Assembly: GCA_038087875.1 (NCBI GenBank)
Contig: CM075996.1
Location: 3,908,030 to 3,972,000, forward strand
Reading direction: 5' to 3'
From: Malacoraja senta
Lineage: Eukaryota
DNA: 63,971 nt
Shown here: one piece after another, positions 24,051 to 37,785 of the stretch
Position numbering within the stretch: position 1 is the stretch's first letter
Layout: each line of letters begins with the position of its first letter
Made by a program: the position numbers and the translations under genes
The notes under the pieces: generated by a model
Databases searched by the model: none
What the model was told of the DNA's origin: nothing
What the model saw: only the letters and a program-made list of their open reading frames with translations

Positions 24051-24960
24051 TCCTTATACACGGCGTGAAAAGTGCGAGTGATTATGTTGTCTTAAAGCCC
24101 CTCTGGCTTTTCCCCACCCACTTGGCAATCAATCCAGAACCGTCAAAAAACCCATGCTGGAAATGCAACTGACACGCCTACACCAGAGTCTGATATCTGA
24201 AGCTTAAATACTGGCCTGGAGAGGTAGCAACCAAAGATCCTTGAGCGGAATCTTTGGTAGCAACCTCCATTTACTGTGAATTGACACTTGGCATAATGTG
24301 ACCACCAACACTCCTAACCAGCTACAGGATAAATTGACATCCAGGCTATGGGGGCTTACAGAGAATTGATGGGGTTAGTTATTATTTTTTTTAAATTAAC
24401 TGCTTGAGAATTAATCTAATGAATACAATGACAAAGAGCAGCTTGTGAACTCAAGGTTGCAACTGATAAGAACCTAGACACAACTGTGAACAACAATACC
24501 ATCAATTCATCCTAATCACCCTAGACAGATAAGGGATCCTGTTTTTCAGCAGTGTGTTCAGTTTAATGTCCAGTGTATTTTGCCCACTGGTTATGTTCAG
24601 TCCTTAATTCTTTCTAGTTGTAATTCCATGGCTTCTTTTTGTTTTGTTAGTTTGAACTGCAGATATTTTAATGCTTTTTTCCTCTCTGGCTGCATAATCC
24701 TTATCCCTGAATAAAGAGTTCTAAATGCTACAGCTGGAGTGGCGAATAATTGAGAATTTGTGCTCCTATAATACTGGAATGTTACTCCCTCCCTGATGCA
24801 GTCGGAGGGTGGTCTCGATTAAATCGAGGTTTGACACTGGATAGGCACAAAAAGCTGGAGTAACTCAACGGAGACCCGGCGTAGGGGGACCGTCGGGGGA
24901 GGGGAGAGAACAGGGGGGAGGGGAGAGAACAACGAGGAGCTGGCGCGGATACTTTGTAAG

Positions 24961-25367
24961 AATTTAGGAGATTGAGAGGGGATCTTATAGAAACGTACAA
25001 AATTCTTATGGGGTTGGACAGGCTAGATGCAGGAAGATTGTTCCCGATGTTGGGGAAGTCCAGGACAAGGGGTCACAGCTTAAGGATAAGGGGGAAATCC
25101 TTTAAGACCGAGATGAGGAAACACTTTTTCACACAGAGAGTGGTGAATCTCTGGAACTCTCTGCCACAGAGGGTAGTTGAGGCCAGTTCATTGGCTATGT
25201 TTAAGAGGGTTAGATGTGGCCCTTGTGGCTAAGGGGATCAGGGGGTATGGAGAGAAGGCAGGTACGGGATACTGAGTTGGATGATCAGCCATGATCATAT
25301 TGAATGGCGGTGCAGGCTCGAAGGGCCGAATGGCCTACTCCTGCACCTATTTTATATGTATCTATGT
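24961..25367 (+). mobile_element. CR1 LINE 3' fragment in ferritin A intron 1
   Basis: RGDLIETYKILMGLDRLDAGRLFPMLGKSRTRGHSLRI; tail present. Confidence 0.92.
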
Positions 25368-25749
25368 AAGCACCCTTCATGCGGTAACTAAGTAAGTAAG
25401 TTTATTGGCCAAGTATTCACATACAAGGAATTTGCCCTGGTGCTCCACCCACAAGTAACAACATGACATATAGTGACAGTTACGAATGACTCAGAAAACA
25501 CTAAACATTAATAATAATAAGAAGACATTAATGATAAAACACCATTGATCAAGCATGTGAACCAACAAAATACCAGATCAACAAGTTTCATACCTTGGTG
25601 ATGCAAGCATAGAGTTTCACCGTGACTTGTTACATGTGATAATAATAATAAAGTATCCATTCGTCTCTGGAGAAAAGGAAGAGGTGACGTTTTGGGTGGA
25701 GACGCGTGATAATTGGGGTTACTAAGCAGAGTTGTAAATCTCTCCACAG

Positions 25750-25896
25750 TCCTCTTACTTTGATCGGGACGATATTGCCCAGCATCATTTTGCTGAGTTC
25801 TTCAGGAAGCAGTCCCGTGATGAACAGAAACAGGCTGAGAAACTGATGGAATACCAGAACGTGCGTGGAGGTCGGCTCTTGGTCAAGGACATCAAG
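25750..25896 (+). CDS. Ferritin gene A exon 2
   Basis: acag|SSYFDRDDIAQHHFAEFFRKQSRDEQKQAEKLMEYQNVRGGRLLVKDIK|gtat; 147 nt, phase 0. Confidence 0.95.
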
Positions 25897-26299
25897 GTAT
25901 GTCTCCACGATTGCAGTGCAGATCCATGCAAGATTTCAAATAATACTCTCTTTAGAAAATGATTCTACTTGATACTTGAAATTTTGCATCAATCAAAATT
26001 CTAATTCTTTGTGTGCAGGAAGGGACTGCAGATACTGGTTTAAACCGAGGATAGACACAAAAAGCTGGGGTAACTCAGCGGGTCAGACAGCATCTCTGAA
26101 GAAATGGAACGGGTGACGTTTCGGGCCAAGACCCTTCTTCAGACTGGGTCCGAAATGTCACCTATTCCTTTTGCCCAGAGATGCTGTCTGGCCCGCTGAG
26201 TTACTCCAGCTTTGTGTGTCTATCATCTGATTCTTTGTGACTGTTTCTTCCACTTGTGTAATGGATCCATTTCCAGTGAAGTGTTGCTTTCCTTGGCAG

Positions 26300-26425
26300 A
26301 AGCCAGAAAAACATGAGTGGGGCAATGGACTGGAGGCAATGCAGAGTTCTCTGCAGATGGAGAAGGATGTGAACCAGAGTCTGCTGGATCTACACAAGCT
26401 CTCCAATCAGCACACTGACCCGAGC
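26300..26425 (+). CDS. Ferritin gene A exon 3
   Basis: gcag|[42 protein letters not shown]|gtaag; 126 nt. Confidence 0.95.
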
Positions 26426-26667
26426 GTAAGTTGGTTGCACTCAATAACTATTTAGTTAAGATGGGGCAGGTCTTACTAGGACTGGCTTGATTCCATTCAC
26501 AGGAGGGAGGGAGTGAGTGGGTGCCTGGTTTCTTCTCGAGTTTGCCAGGAATTGGTGAAGATGGGAGGTCCACTGGCTTGCTGTCTTGAAGTCCACTGGC
26601 TTGCTGTCTTGAAGTACTAATGGAATTGATGGGGCATGTGGCAACTCCCTTGAGTCCTCTGCGCCAC

Positions 26668-27270
26668 ATACAGCGTGGAAACGGGCCCTTCGGCCCAACT
26701 TGCCAACATGTCCCAGCTACACTAGTCCCACCTGTCTGCATTTGGCCCATATCCCTCCAAACCTGTCCTTGTCCTATCCAAGTACCTGTCCAACTGTTTC
26801 TTAAACGTTGGGGTAGTCCCAGCCTCGACTACCTCCTCTGGCAGCTCGTTCCATACACCCACCACCCTTTGTGTGAAAACGTCACCCCTCCGATTCCTAT
26901 GAAATCTTTCCCCTTAAACCTATGTCATAGAAACATAGAAAATAGGTACAGGAGTAGGCCATTCGGCCCTTTGAGCCTGCACCGCCATTCAATATGATCA
27001 TGGCTGATCATCCAACTCGGTATCCTGTACCTGCCTTCTCTCCATACCCCCTGATCCCTTTAGCCACAAGGGCCACATCTAACTCCCTCTTAAATCTAGC
27101 CAATGAACTGGCCTCAACTACCTTCTGTGGCAGAGAATTCCACAGATTCACCACTCTCTGTGTGAAAAATGTTTTTCTCATCTCATGTCCTCTGGTCCTT
27201 GACTATAACTATCCTGGGCAAGAGGCTCTGTGCATCTACTCGATGTATTCCTCTCATGTTTTTATACACC
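26668..27270 (-). mobile_element. Nested CR1 fragments (two subfamilies) in ferritin A intron 3
   Basis: The young CR1 tail (26925-27185) interrupts the second-subfamily CR1 fragment. Confidence 0.8.
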
Positions 27271-27335
27271 TGATGCTCCCATTCAGACGTAGGTGTAAAA
27301 GCACTGGATCGCTGTGTGTCTGGTTTAGGATGTGA

Positions 27336-27506
<171 letters not shown>

Positions 27507-28086
27507 ACAGGAGGTGAAAGTTGAAGCTTTATCTGAATTGTCAAGTTCTCAACCCATTTGACTCTGTACAAAGCTGTGGAATGCTAATAAACTATTTATT
27601 CATGGCCTGGCTTTTGTCTGCAAGGTGCATTTTTTTTAAAAACAAAATGAAAAAAAATAGTTTTGACATATTTGTTCTGAGTTGCAACTGTTTTGCACTG
27701 AGACGACACGGTGGCACAACGGTAGAGTTGCTGCCTTACAGTGCCATGCGACCCAGGTTCGATCCTGACTACTAGTGACATGACCGCGTAGGTTTTCACT
27801 GAGATCTTTGGTTTTCATCCACACTCCAAAGCCTTACAGGTGTGATTAGAATCTTGCATGCACTATAGTGGGTTTCCAGTTTGCAATAAGTGCAAAAATA
27901 CTGATGGCCCATTAGAATGGGACAGCCTTGGTGAAAAAAATGGGCTTTCTCTTTGCCTATTCTTGTATTACAGACAAGCCTCTGTTCCTGCAGAACATCT
28001 TTCCTGTGAAACGAACACTGCAGCAGACTTGGTGTCCACTATGTCACTTCTCTAGGGTGCATGTGGAAATCAACCAGACATTTTAG

Positions 28087-28383
28087 GTGGTACAGTGTCG
28101 TAAGGCAGTAGGGCTGCTGCCTTACAGCATCAGAGACCTAGGTTTGATCCTGACTACGGGTGCTTGTCTGTATGGAGTTTGTACGATCTCCCTGTGACCT
28201 GCATGGGCTTTCTCTGAGATCTAGTTTCCTCCCACACTTCAAAGACTTGTAGGTTAATTAGCTTGGTGTAAATTTCAAATTGTCCCTAGTGTGTGTCGGG
28301 GTGGTGTTAATGTGCGGGGATCGCTGGTCGGTACGGACTTGGTGAGCCGAAGGGCCTGTTTCTGCGCTGTATTTCTAAACTAA
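28087..28383 (+). mobile_element. V-SINE copy
   Basis: Same structure as 22638-22936. Confidence 0.85.
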
Positions 28384-30602
28384 ATATTTATTGGAGCTGC
28401 TGGATGAGGTGGGTCAACTCGTAGATTGGCCAATTTCTCTTTTATGCAGCATAATTGGTTAAATAACCAACTTCAAACTTTCCACACATGAAATCCAAAA
28501 AATGAGGGTATGGATTGAATAAACTTATTCCTTGTCAAGTGTTTTCCTTTGGAGTGATACAGCATACATGGGCTGTTTGGCCCAGACTTGTCAATGCCAG
28601 CCGGGTTGCCTATCTCAATGGTTCTTTATTGCCACGTATGTACAACACCCTAAAACTATTTTGCATAAACCACAGTTGCCATATTTCGGCACGGATTACA
28701 AAGGAATAAAAGCCCAGTCCACATACTGAAGTGCCCCCTGTGTTTGACATGTTCCTCCAAACCATTGCTCTGTACCTGTCTAAATGTCTTGCATTCAATG
28801 CTAAGATTGCATGTTCCACATACCCACTATCTTCACTTAAGATAGACACAAAAAGCTGGTGTAACTCAGCAGTTCGGACAGCATCTCTGGAAAAAAGGAA
28901 TAGGCGACGTTTCTGGGCGAGACCCTTCAGACCGAATCTTGATTCAGATGGTTAGAAAACCTCTGATTTTCGTTGATCCAAGCATGTTTAATTATCCCTC
29001 ACTGACATCCTGCCAGTCTGAGTTTACTCAGTCATTCAGAATATAATAAAGGGAGGGAGAGGGGGGGGGCGGCACGATAGCGCAGCGGTAGAGTTGCTGC
29101 CTTACAGTGCCGGAGACCTGGGTTCAATCCTGACTATGGGTGCTGTCTGTATGGAGTTTGTACGTTCTCCCCATGACCCGCGTGGGTTTTCTCCGGGATC
29201 TTCGGTTTCTATCCACATTCCAAAGATGTACAGGTTTGTAGATTTATTGGCTTTGGTGCAATTGTAAATGGTACTTAGTGTGTGTGTGTGTGTAGGATAG
29301 TGCTAGTGTGTGGGCCTAATTCTGCTCCTATCACTCATGATCTTATGATACATGTCCACTCTTCAGGCAGGGAAAGAGACTGTTCATGGCATCCACAGGT
29401 ATATCCATTTCATACTTCAGTGGTTGATTTGAACGTTCGCACAGACATCTTGATTACTTTGAACAAGGAATGTACCAACAGCATTGCAACCTTAACTCAG
29501 TTAGACAACTTCAGAGAAAATACAAAATGATTAACGCTTCTCTTAACGCTGTGACTTCCAGTGCATAATACAAGAAAACACTATCAAATGCCAACGAGGA
29601 AACTCAAAAGCTGCAACATCAGAGGGACCAATTGCCAAGAATCTGGAAATGTGCAAAACACCAAGTGCAGGGATCGGGTGCTGTCTGTGCAGAGTTTGCA
29701 TGTTGTCCCCTTAACCTGTGTGGGTTTTCTCCAAGATCCCCGGTTTCCTCCCACACTCCAAGGATATACAGGTTTATTGGCTTGGTATAATTCTAAATTG
29801 TCCCTTGTGTGTGCGGAATAGTGTAAATGTGCGGGGATCGCTGGTCGGCGCGGACTCAGTGGGCCGAAGGGCCTGTTTCCGCGCTGTATCTCGAAACATT
29901 AACTTAAACCATCTGTCACAACGAATTCCGCAGATTCGCCACTTGTATTTTAGAAATGCTTGCCTGCCTATCTCCCTGCCCATACGGACTGGTATGTTTT
30001 CTGTTCCATATGAGTATGGAATGCTAATTGGTCCAGGCTAGGTTGTTTAATAATATTATTTCAGTCAAAGGATATGTTTTTAATCATGGAGCAGAAAAGG
30101 GAGAATAACATCTTGCATTTCAGCTGTTCAACATCAATCACGTAGGAAATCAACTGCACTTTTAAAAAACAAATGCATCAATCTTTGAGTCATTACTGAT
30201 TGAGTTGGAATGTGAGGTAGGATTAAATGTCAGCCGTTAATTTTAATTAAGTTGCCAATAAACTGCAAAAGTTGTACGTCCCAACCTGCCTGTAACTTTT
30301 CCCACTCAGAAGCCAGAGCAAGATGAATAGAACAATGGAGATACATTGATGCTAAGCACCAGGCAAGGAAAAGGAGATGAGAAGCAAAGTCTATTAGCAA
30401 TTAAAAAAAACAGATTCACATGTAAGTTGTTTTGACTGAATTTGAAATAGTTGAGCTTTGTGGAAGTTGTGTTATAACAATATTTAAAATAATTCGCAGA
30501 TATCAAGCTTGTTTTCCTAATCATGACTTGAGACCTGGTCTTTAATTAGGCATATGCCTGAACAAAAACTCCATTGTTCATAAGATCATAAGTGAAAGCA
30601 GC

Positions 30603-31280
30603 AGGATCTTATAAAAACATATAAAATTCTTAAGGGATTGGACAGGCTAGATGCAGGAAAAATGTTCCAAATGTTGGGGGAGTCCAGAACCAGGGATCAC
30701 AGTGTAAGAATAAGGGGTAGGCCATTTAGGACTGAAATTAGGCAACACTTTTTCACCCAGAGAGTTGTGAATCAGTGGAATTCACTTGCCACAGAAGGCA
30801 GTGGAGGCCAATTCACTGGATGTTTTCAAGAGAGAGTTAGATAGAGCTCTTAGGGCTAACAGACTCAAGGGAATTGGGGGAGAAAGCAGGAACAGGGTAC
30901 TGATTTTGGATGATCAACCATGATCATATTAAATGGCAGTGCTGGCTCATGGGGCCAAATAGCCTGCTCCTACACCTATTTTCTATGTTTCTATGTAGAA
31001 TTAGGCCATTCAGCCCATCAAGCCTCCTCCGCCATTCAATCATGGCTGAAATATCTCTCCCTCATAACCCCATTCTCCTGCCCTCCCCATAACCCCAGAC
31101 ACCCATACTGATCAAGAATCTATCTATGTCTTGAAAAATATCCATTGATTTGACCTCCCTTCTGTGCGAAGAATTCCACAGATTTGCCACCCTATGATTA
31201 AAGAAATTCCTCCTCATCTCCTTCGTAAAGGAGCGTCCTTTGATTCTGAGGCTATGACCTCTGGTCATAGTCTCTCCATT
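30603..31280. mobile_element. Two tail-to-tail CR1 3' fragments
   Basis: + strand 30603-30995 (DRLDAGKMFQMLGESRTRDHS) and - strand 30997-31280 (TRGHSLRIKGRSF). Confidence 0.85.
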
Positions 31281-31434
31281 GTAATTGTGTGGGTGTGAAT
31301 TTTAGCATTGCAAATGAATGCACATCTGTCTTCTGTAATTGGCTTCACCCAAAAGCTGTTGAGAAATCTGCAGTGCCCTTTGTTACCTGAGGGATACTGG
31401 CATCGGCAGGAACCATTTCCACTGTTGTCCTGGG

Positions 31435-31544
31435 ATGATCAAGAAGCTTGGGGATCGTATATCGCCAACCTAAGGAGACTGGGATTCCCCCCGAATGGCC
31501 CGGGAGAGTACGTGTTTGACAAGCTCTCCCATTGGGGAGTGTGA
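31435..31544 (+). pseudogene. Ferritin exon-4 pseudogene fragment
   Basis: MIKKLGDR-(2-nt frameshift)-IANLRRLGFPPNGPGEYVFDKLS; no 5' part of the exon or upstream exons seen; AATAAA at 31605-31610. Confidence 0.85.
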
Positions 31545-32307
31545 ATGACCAAATTCACTGCAGGGATATTATCTTTATGGCATTGGATTGTCACTTGGGT
31601 GAAGAATAAAATTAGAGCATCAAATCGCCTTATTGTTAATGTACACTTTTAGTCTCAAATTCTATACTGGTGTTGAAGCCCCAATGTCTTCCATCTTAGA
31701 CAATAGACAATAGACAATAGACAATAGGTGCAGGAGTAGGCCATTTGGCCCCTCAAGCCAGTACCGCCATTCAATGTGATCATGGCTGATCATCCCCAAT
31801 CAGTACCCCGTTCCTGCCTTCTCCGCATTCTTGATTCACTTTGACCATGTAACAGTCTACTTTCAATTATCTTCCCTTTCAAATGGAAGACTAGCATGAT
31901 GCCCAGGCAGCGTGGTGGCACAGCAGTTGAGTCGCTGCCTTACAACACTTACAGCGCCAGAGACCCGGGTTCGATCCCAAACCTGGTTCTATATTAACCT
32001 GGTTCTATAATTTTCTGCACCTATTTTAGTGGGTTATAAATAACCCATAAAATCTAACTACATACTTTCAAGTCGTGTGATGTGCTAAAGCAAAATCAGC
32101 TTTCTAAGGTTGACCATTAAAATTAGAATTAAGTTTGTCTTCAACCCTTCATCTGTTATCTTGGAAAGATGTTTCAGTTGAAAGTTGTTTCAGCGAATCT
32201 TCAATATGGGCACCTGATTTGCAGAGGGTAGGGATTGATTACAATAATTTGGGAGAGGCTGTATGGTGCATCTGAAAATGCATCGCAATTCCACAATTAG
32301 GGGACGA

Positions 32308-32622
32308 CACGGTGGCCCAGTGGTAGAGTTGTTGCCTTACAGCGCTTGCAGCGCGGAGACCCGGGTTCGATCCCGATTACGGGTGCTGTCTGTACGAAGT
32401 TTGTAGGTTCTCCCCGTGACCGCGTGGGTTTTCTCCGAGATCTTCTGTTTCCTCCCACTCTCCAAAGACGTAAAGGATGTAGGTTAATTGGCCTGGTATA
32501 AGTGTAAATTAACCCTAGCGTGTGTGTAGGACAGTGTTAATGTGCGGGGATCGCTTGTCGGCACGGACTCGGTGGGCTGAAGGGCCTGTTTCCGCGCTGT
32601 ATCTCTAAAGTAAACTAAACTA
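32308..32622 (+). mobile_element. V-SINE copy
   Basis: A/B boxes, V-domain, (aaact)n tail. Confidence 0.88.
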
Positions 32623-32709
32623 ATAATAACTGGGGAACTTTCATTACTAATTTAACGAACTAGAATAGAAATGGTGACTATTATACTGGATTTAGAGTCT
32701 TAAAGTAAG

Positions 32710-33262
32710 TGTGGAAACAGGCCCTTCGGCCCAACTTGCCCACACTGGCCAACATGTCCCAGCTACACTAGTCCCACTTGCCTGTGTTTGGTCCATATCC
32801 CTCCAAACTTGTCCTATCCATGTACATGTCTAACTGTTTCTTAAACGTTGGGATAGTCCCAGCCTCAACTACCTCATCTGGCAGCTTGTTCCATACATCC
32901 ACCATCCTTTGTGTGAAAAAGTTACCCCTCAGATTCCTATTAAATCTTTTCCCCTTCACCTTTAACCTATGTCCTCTGGTCCTCGATTCCCCTACTCTGG
33001 GCTGGAGATTCCGTGCATCTATTCCTCTCATGATTTTGTCCACCTGTATATGATCACCCTTAATCCTCCTACTCTCCAAGGAATAGACACCCAGCCTACT
33101 CAACCTTTCCCTGTAGCTCAGACCCTCTAGTCCTGGCGACATCCTCGTAAATCTTATCTGAACCCTTTCAATATCTTTCCTATAACATGGTGCCCAGAAC
33201 TGAACACAATACTCTAAATGCGGTCTCACCAACGTCTTATACAACTGCAACTTGACCTCCCA
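32710..33262 (-). mobile_element. CR1 LINE ORF2 C-terminal fragment
   Basis: QLYKTLVRPHLEYCVQFWAPCYRKDIERVQ...FFTQRMVDVWNKLP. Confidence 0.93.
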
Positions 33263-35849
33263 ATTTTGTTTTTTTAAATAACCTGTTTGATTTACCCTTT
33301 TAGTTAAGAAAATGTGATCTTAATCTTCTCTGTCAGCGCTGTAGAATGAGAATCTGGCAGCCAGAGCCCAGATGATTCCTGAATTGTGTAATTGGTGCTA
33401 ACTTGTTTATGTCTGGAAACATTGCGTGACACTGATGATTCTGTCAGGTAACAATAATCCTGTTTCATATCTGCTATACCCGGCATATTCTTACTTCCTG
33501 GATAATTCATCAAATCTTGTCAAAAACATAGTTACGCCCTGCAAAACCAGATCTTCAAGCTGTAAATGTATTCATCTGTCATAACTGATGATTGATTTGT
33601 TTGGTTGTGAGTAGTCACCCAAAGAGTCATACCTTTTTCTGGTCTCCGCTGGATTTTCAACATTTTGGAATTTTCGGCGACTTGCTGCGACTATGACAGG
33701 TGTCGGCAAGTCGCCGAATAAATTGCCTAAGTAGGACAGGCCCTTAAGTCTATGACAGAAAGTAATCAAAGTGAAATGGAAAGTACCAGCATAGGTTTCA
33801 TGTGGGGCAAAGTCAGACAGTGACTTGCTTCTGTGATATATCCTATATTCTTGGGATACATTCCAGATGAAAGATGAAATAAAAACTTGTATTATTAGAG
33901 AATATCCATTCTGTATCTTAAAGAACTTTGCAATCAATGAAGTTTACCCTCCTTTGTAATATAAAAAGTGCAGAAAAAACAAGCATGGAAATGACCAATT
34001 AACTTTTGTTTTAATTGACTGAGGTCTCAATAGTTTATTTTAAAATGATGGTGTGACTTAGTCATTTATACAGTGCAGAAATAAATCCCTCGGTCATTCA
34101 AGTCCACACCAACCATTAATTTCCCATTTACACTAATTCTACTTTAACCCCTTTTATTAATCTCCCAACATTTCATCAACAAATCTGATTAGTACGGGTG
34201 TCAGGGGTTATGGGGAGAAGGCAGGAGAATGGGGTTAGGAGAGATAGATCTGTGCGTTACTAATACCATTAAGGCTGAATCTTACTGCCTTCTGAATTGG
34301 CCTAACAAGCTGCTTAACTCAAAGACAGTTGGGGGCAAATAAACACTGACCACACCACTGATGCATATCCCATAATGATTTAAAAAAATCCGATGACCAG
34401 TTACCAAATGAAAAAGATTTTAAAATAATTATTAGTGATTCCTGATGCAGGGTCTCCACCCAAAACGTCAACAATCTTTCTCCCCGCAGATACCGTTGAC
34501 CCATGAGTTCTTCCAGTTTGTTTTTTTAAATTCCAGATTCAGGCATCTTTCAGTCTATGTCTCTAATTATTTTCCATACTTCTTGAATTAAATCCAGTCA
34601 ATAATTAAATTGTTACCCTGCAAGACAACAGTACATCTTTGTATGATAAAAACCAAATTAACGTATAATTACTCTGACAAATGTCAAGGTGGGAGAGATT
34701 AGCTCAGGTTCAGAACTTACAATGGAGAGGTGAAAATAGGAGGCATAGAGTTCCATATTAATCAGGTGATTGATACCAGTCTCAATTTCCTTATGATGGC
34801 GTAGGCCTATAGTATGGTCCATTCTGATTTGATTTCTCTTATTCAGTCAAATAACTGATGTTAAAGGTGAACCGAGCAATATAAAAACTAATGAATATTT
34901 GTCAAAAGGAAATCCACAGGTAGCAGTCCACAAACAATATGTAGGTGCATCTGTATTTATACTGCTTAGGAGCACCTGAATATCACGTTGCAGCATGCTC
35001 TATTACTGATAATCCCTTCAGCTAATAAAATGCTTTGATTCCACTGCTGACAGAAAGGAGAGGTGGCGTGAGAGCATTGCAGGGCATGATCATATTGACA
35101 AGGCTCATCCTGGAACTGTCATTGTATATTAGTTCACCTGGAAGCCTCCATGTGCAGAATCATAAAGGTTTACGTTCTAATCAATGGATGCAGTTGCTAT
35201 CGTTCTCCAACGCTGACTTTCTGTCCGATGTAAACTTTGAGAAAAGCTGCTCACCTCCTGACTTGGCATATTACGTCCTTACCGACTCAGCACTCAAATA
35301 ATGACGTTTCCGGTCGTTTTTGGTTTCACCTAATCCTTATCTCAAGTCAAGTCAAGAGAGTTTATTGTCATGTGTTCCAGATAGGACAATGAAATTCTTG
35401 CATTGCTGCAGCACAACAGGATATTGTAGTCATAAATACAGATCTGATCAGTGTGTCCATATACCTTAGAATATATATGCACACACATCGGATGGAACAA
35501 AGTCTGATAAGGTCTGAAGAAGGGTTTCGGCCAGAAACGTTGCCTATTTCCTTCGCTCCATAGATGCTGCCGCACCCGCTGAGTTTCTCCAGCATTTTTG
35601 TGTACCTTCTGATAAGTGATGGATGGATACAGATGGTGGGTGGCGGGGGGGGGGGGGGTGGAGGGGTGTTTGGCAGACAGGTGTAGTACATATTAGAGGC
35701 TAGAGGTAAAAAGGAGCCTAAAAGGGGTCAGATGAGGAAAGGCCATGTAAGGCCAGATGGTGGGATATGGTGAAAGGGGATGGGGGAAGGGTGGGGGTAG
35801 GTGAAAATGGTGGGGATATAAAAGGGCAATATGAGACTCAGGGTGGCAG

Positions 35850-36290
35850 ATGAGCGTACTTAGACGTAGTTCCTCCCACACTGTTGAGTGCATTGGGCAG
35901 CAAACTTATCGCCCTTCTATTCAGTCATGTGCGACGTCTTCCACCCTCGATAGGTTAACGTCCTGGGCTTCCAAATCCTTCTGGAATGTTCGCGTCCATG
36001 TGAGTTTTGGTCGGCCTCTTTTCCTTTTTCCGTCAGGTTGCCATGCCATTGCTATCATAGGTGCACGTTGTGGTGACATTCTGAGTACATGTCCTGCAGA
36101 TTTCATCCTGCGTCCCTCTATGTCCTGGCTGAGAGGCTTTGTTGCAGTTTCCCCGGTATATCTCCTCGTTTGTGATGTGGTCTCTGTAGCTAGTCTTCAG
36201 GGTCTTCCTCAAGCAGCATTGTTGGAATGCATCCAATTTCTTTTTCATCTTCACATTGATTTTCCATGTCTCACTGGCATAGAGGGCCCT
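35850..36290 (-). mobile_element. RTE-clade LINE 3' fragment
   Basis: LYASETWKI...LDAFQQCCLRKTL...ITNEEIY / AGHVLRM...WQPDGKRKRGRPKLTW. Confidence 0.85.
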
Positions 36291-37261
36291 AGGGAGGAGA
36301 GAAAAGGAGAGAAAAAGAGTGCATGACTTGGCTGGTGGGAAATGATGGGAGAAATATGTGCACACTAGGGTAGAGCATTCCTTGAAATTGAAGATTGGGT
36401 TGGTGGTACCCAAGTGGAGTATTAGATAACGAGCTTCCAGTTTGCCCATGGCCTCATTCTCGCAAGGACAGAAAGATTTGAATGAGAGTGGGAGAGGGAG
36501 TTAAAATGGTTAATGACTGGGATCTCCTGCAGACACAATTACACTGTTCAAAGGGGAACTGGATAAGTATATGGAAGGAAAGAATTTGCAAATCTAGGAG
36601 CAGATGGTAGGGAAATTGGACTGCTCTTAAATACAGCTGATATGTGCTTAAAAGGCCGATTGGCTTCCTTCCATTTTGGGCTTCTATGAAATAGTTTGCA
36701 ACTCATAAAGGCACGGTAAAGGTGATATTAATGGGGAAAAGGGTGTGGAGAACCAATAGCCACTCTTGGGCTCAAAATTAAAATTACTGGGTGTTGCTAT
36801 TTTTATTATGTTTCCACTATGACCAGTATATTTACTACTTAATAATGGCACTTCCTCCTTGTGACTCCATATAGTTCCGAACATGCCAGTATTTTGACTG
36901 TGGTATTAAAGAAAGCCACCATTTGCTTTAGATGGTGGTACAGTATAGTTAATCACACATGTGAAGGCTTTATCAGTCACAGTTTGCAGTGGTCTTTTGC
37001 AGTTGCTCTGGCAGAAACATACTGGGTTGGAGAGGTTTTTTTTTAGGCTTCCTTTTCATCGGCAGTTTTATGTTGACTAGCGAAATGGAAATATTTTAAT
37101 GTATTCTTTCAATGCCTTGTCCTATCTTCGAGGGAGGGGATAACTCTTCGTACTCCCCAAAAGCAAGTTCAAGTTTATTGTCACTTAACCAATTATGGTA
37201 CAGTGAAATTTGAATTGGAAAAGGAATCAAATGCCTCATTCGAGACCAAGCCGAGACCTTC

Positions 37262-37785
37262 GCAAGAGCAAGCGCAGGCTCGGCGATCGTTTCGCTGAAC
37301 ACCTCCACTCAGTCCGCCTTGGCCTACGCAATTTCCCGGTTGCTAAACACTTTTCCATACTGACCTTTCTGTCCTGGGCCTCCTCCACTGTCATAGTGAG
37401 GCCCAATGCAATTTGGAGGAACAGCACCTTATATTACCCAGTGGTATGAATTTTGATTTCTCTAACTTCAAGTAACCCTTGCTTTCCCCTCTCTCTCCGT
37501 CCCTCCCCCGCCCTAGTTCTCAGACTAGTTTCAATGTCCTCCTCATTAATTTTACTGATTGCATGCCTCATTGTCACCTTCCCACTAGCCAACAATAAAC
37601 CATTCTACATTTTCCTTGATCACTGTCTGCTTTTATCTGTCGTTTTCACACCTTACATTTCTATATCTGTCGTCTCCCTTCTCCCCTGACTCTGTTTAAA
37701 GAAGTGTCTCAACCTGAAACGTCAACCATTTCTTCTGAGATGCTGCCTGTCCTGCTGAGTTACTGAGCATTTTGTGTCTATCTTC
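37262..37785 (+). mobile_element. Penelope-like element 3' fragment (GIY-YIG remnant plus terminal repeat)
   Basis: KRRLGDRFAEHLHSVR...PVAKHF followed by the same terminal repeat as the dispersed ctgaagaa...gaaacgtc family. Confidence 0.8.
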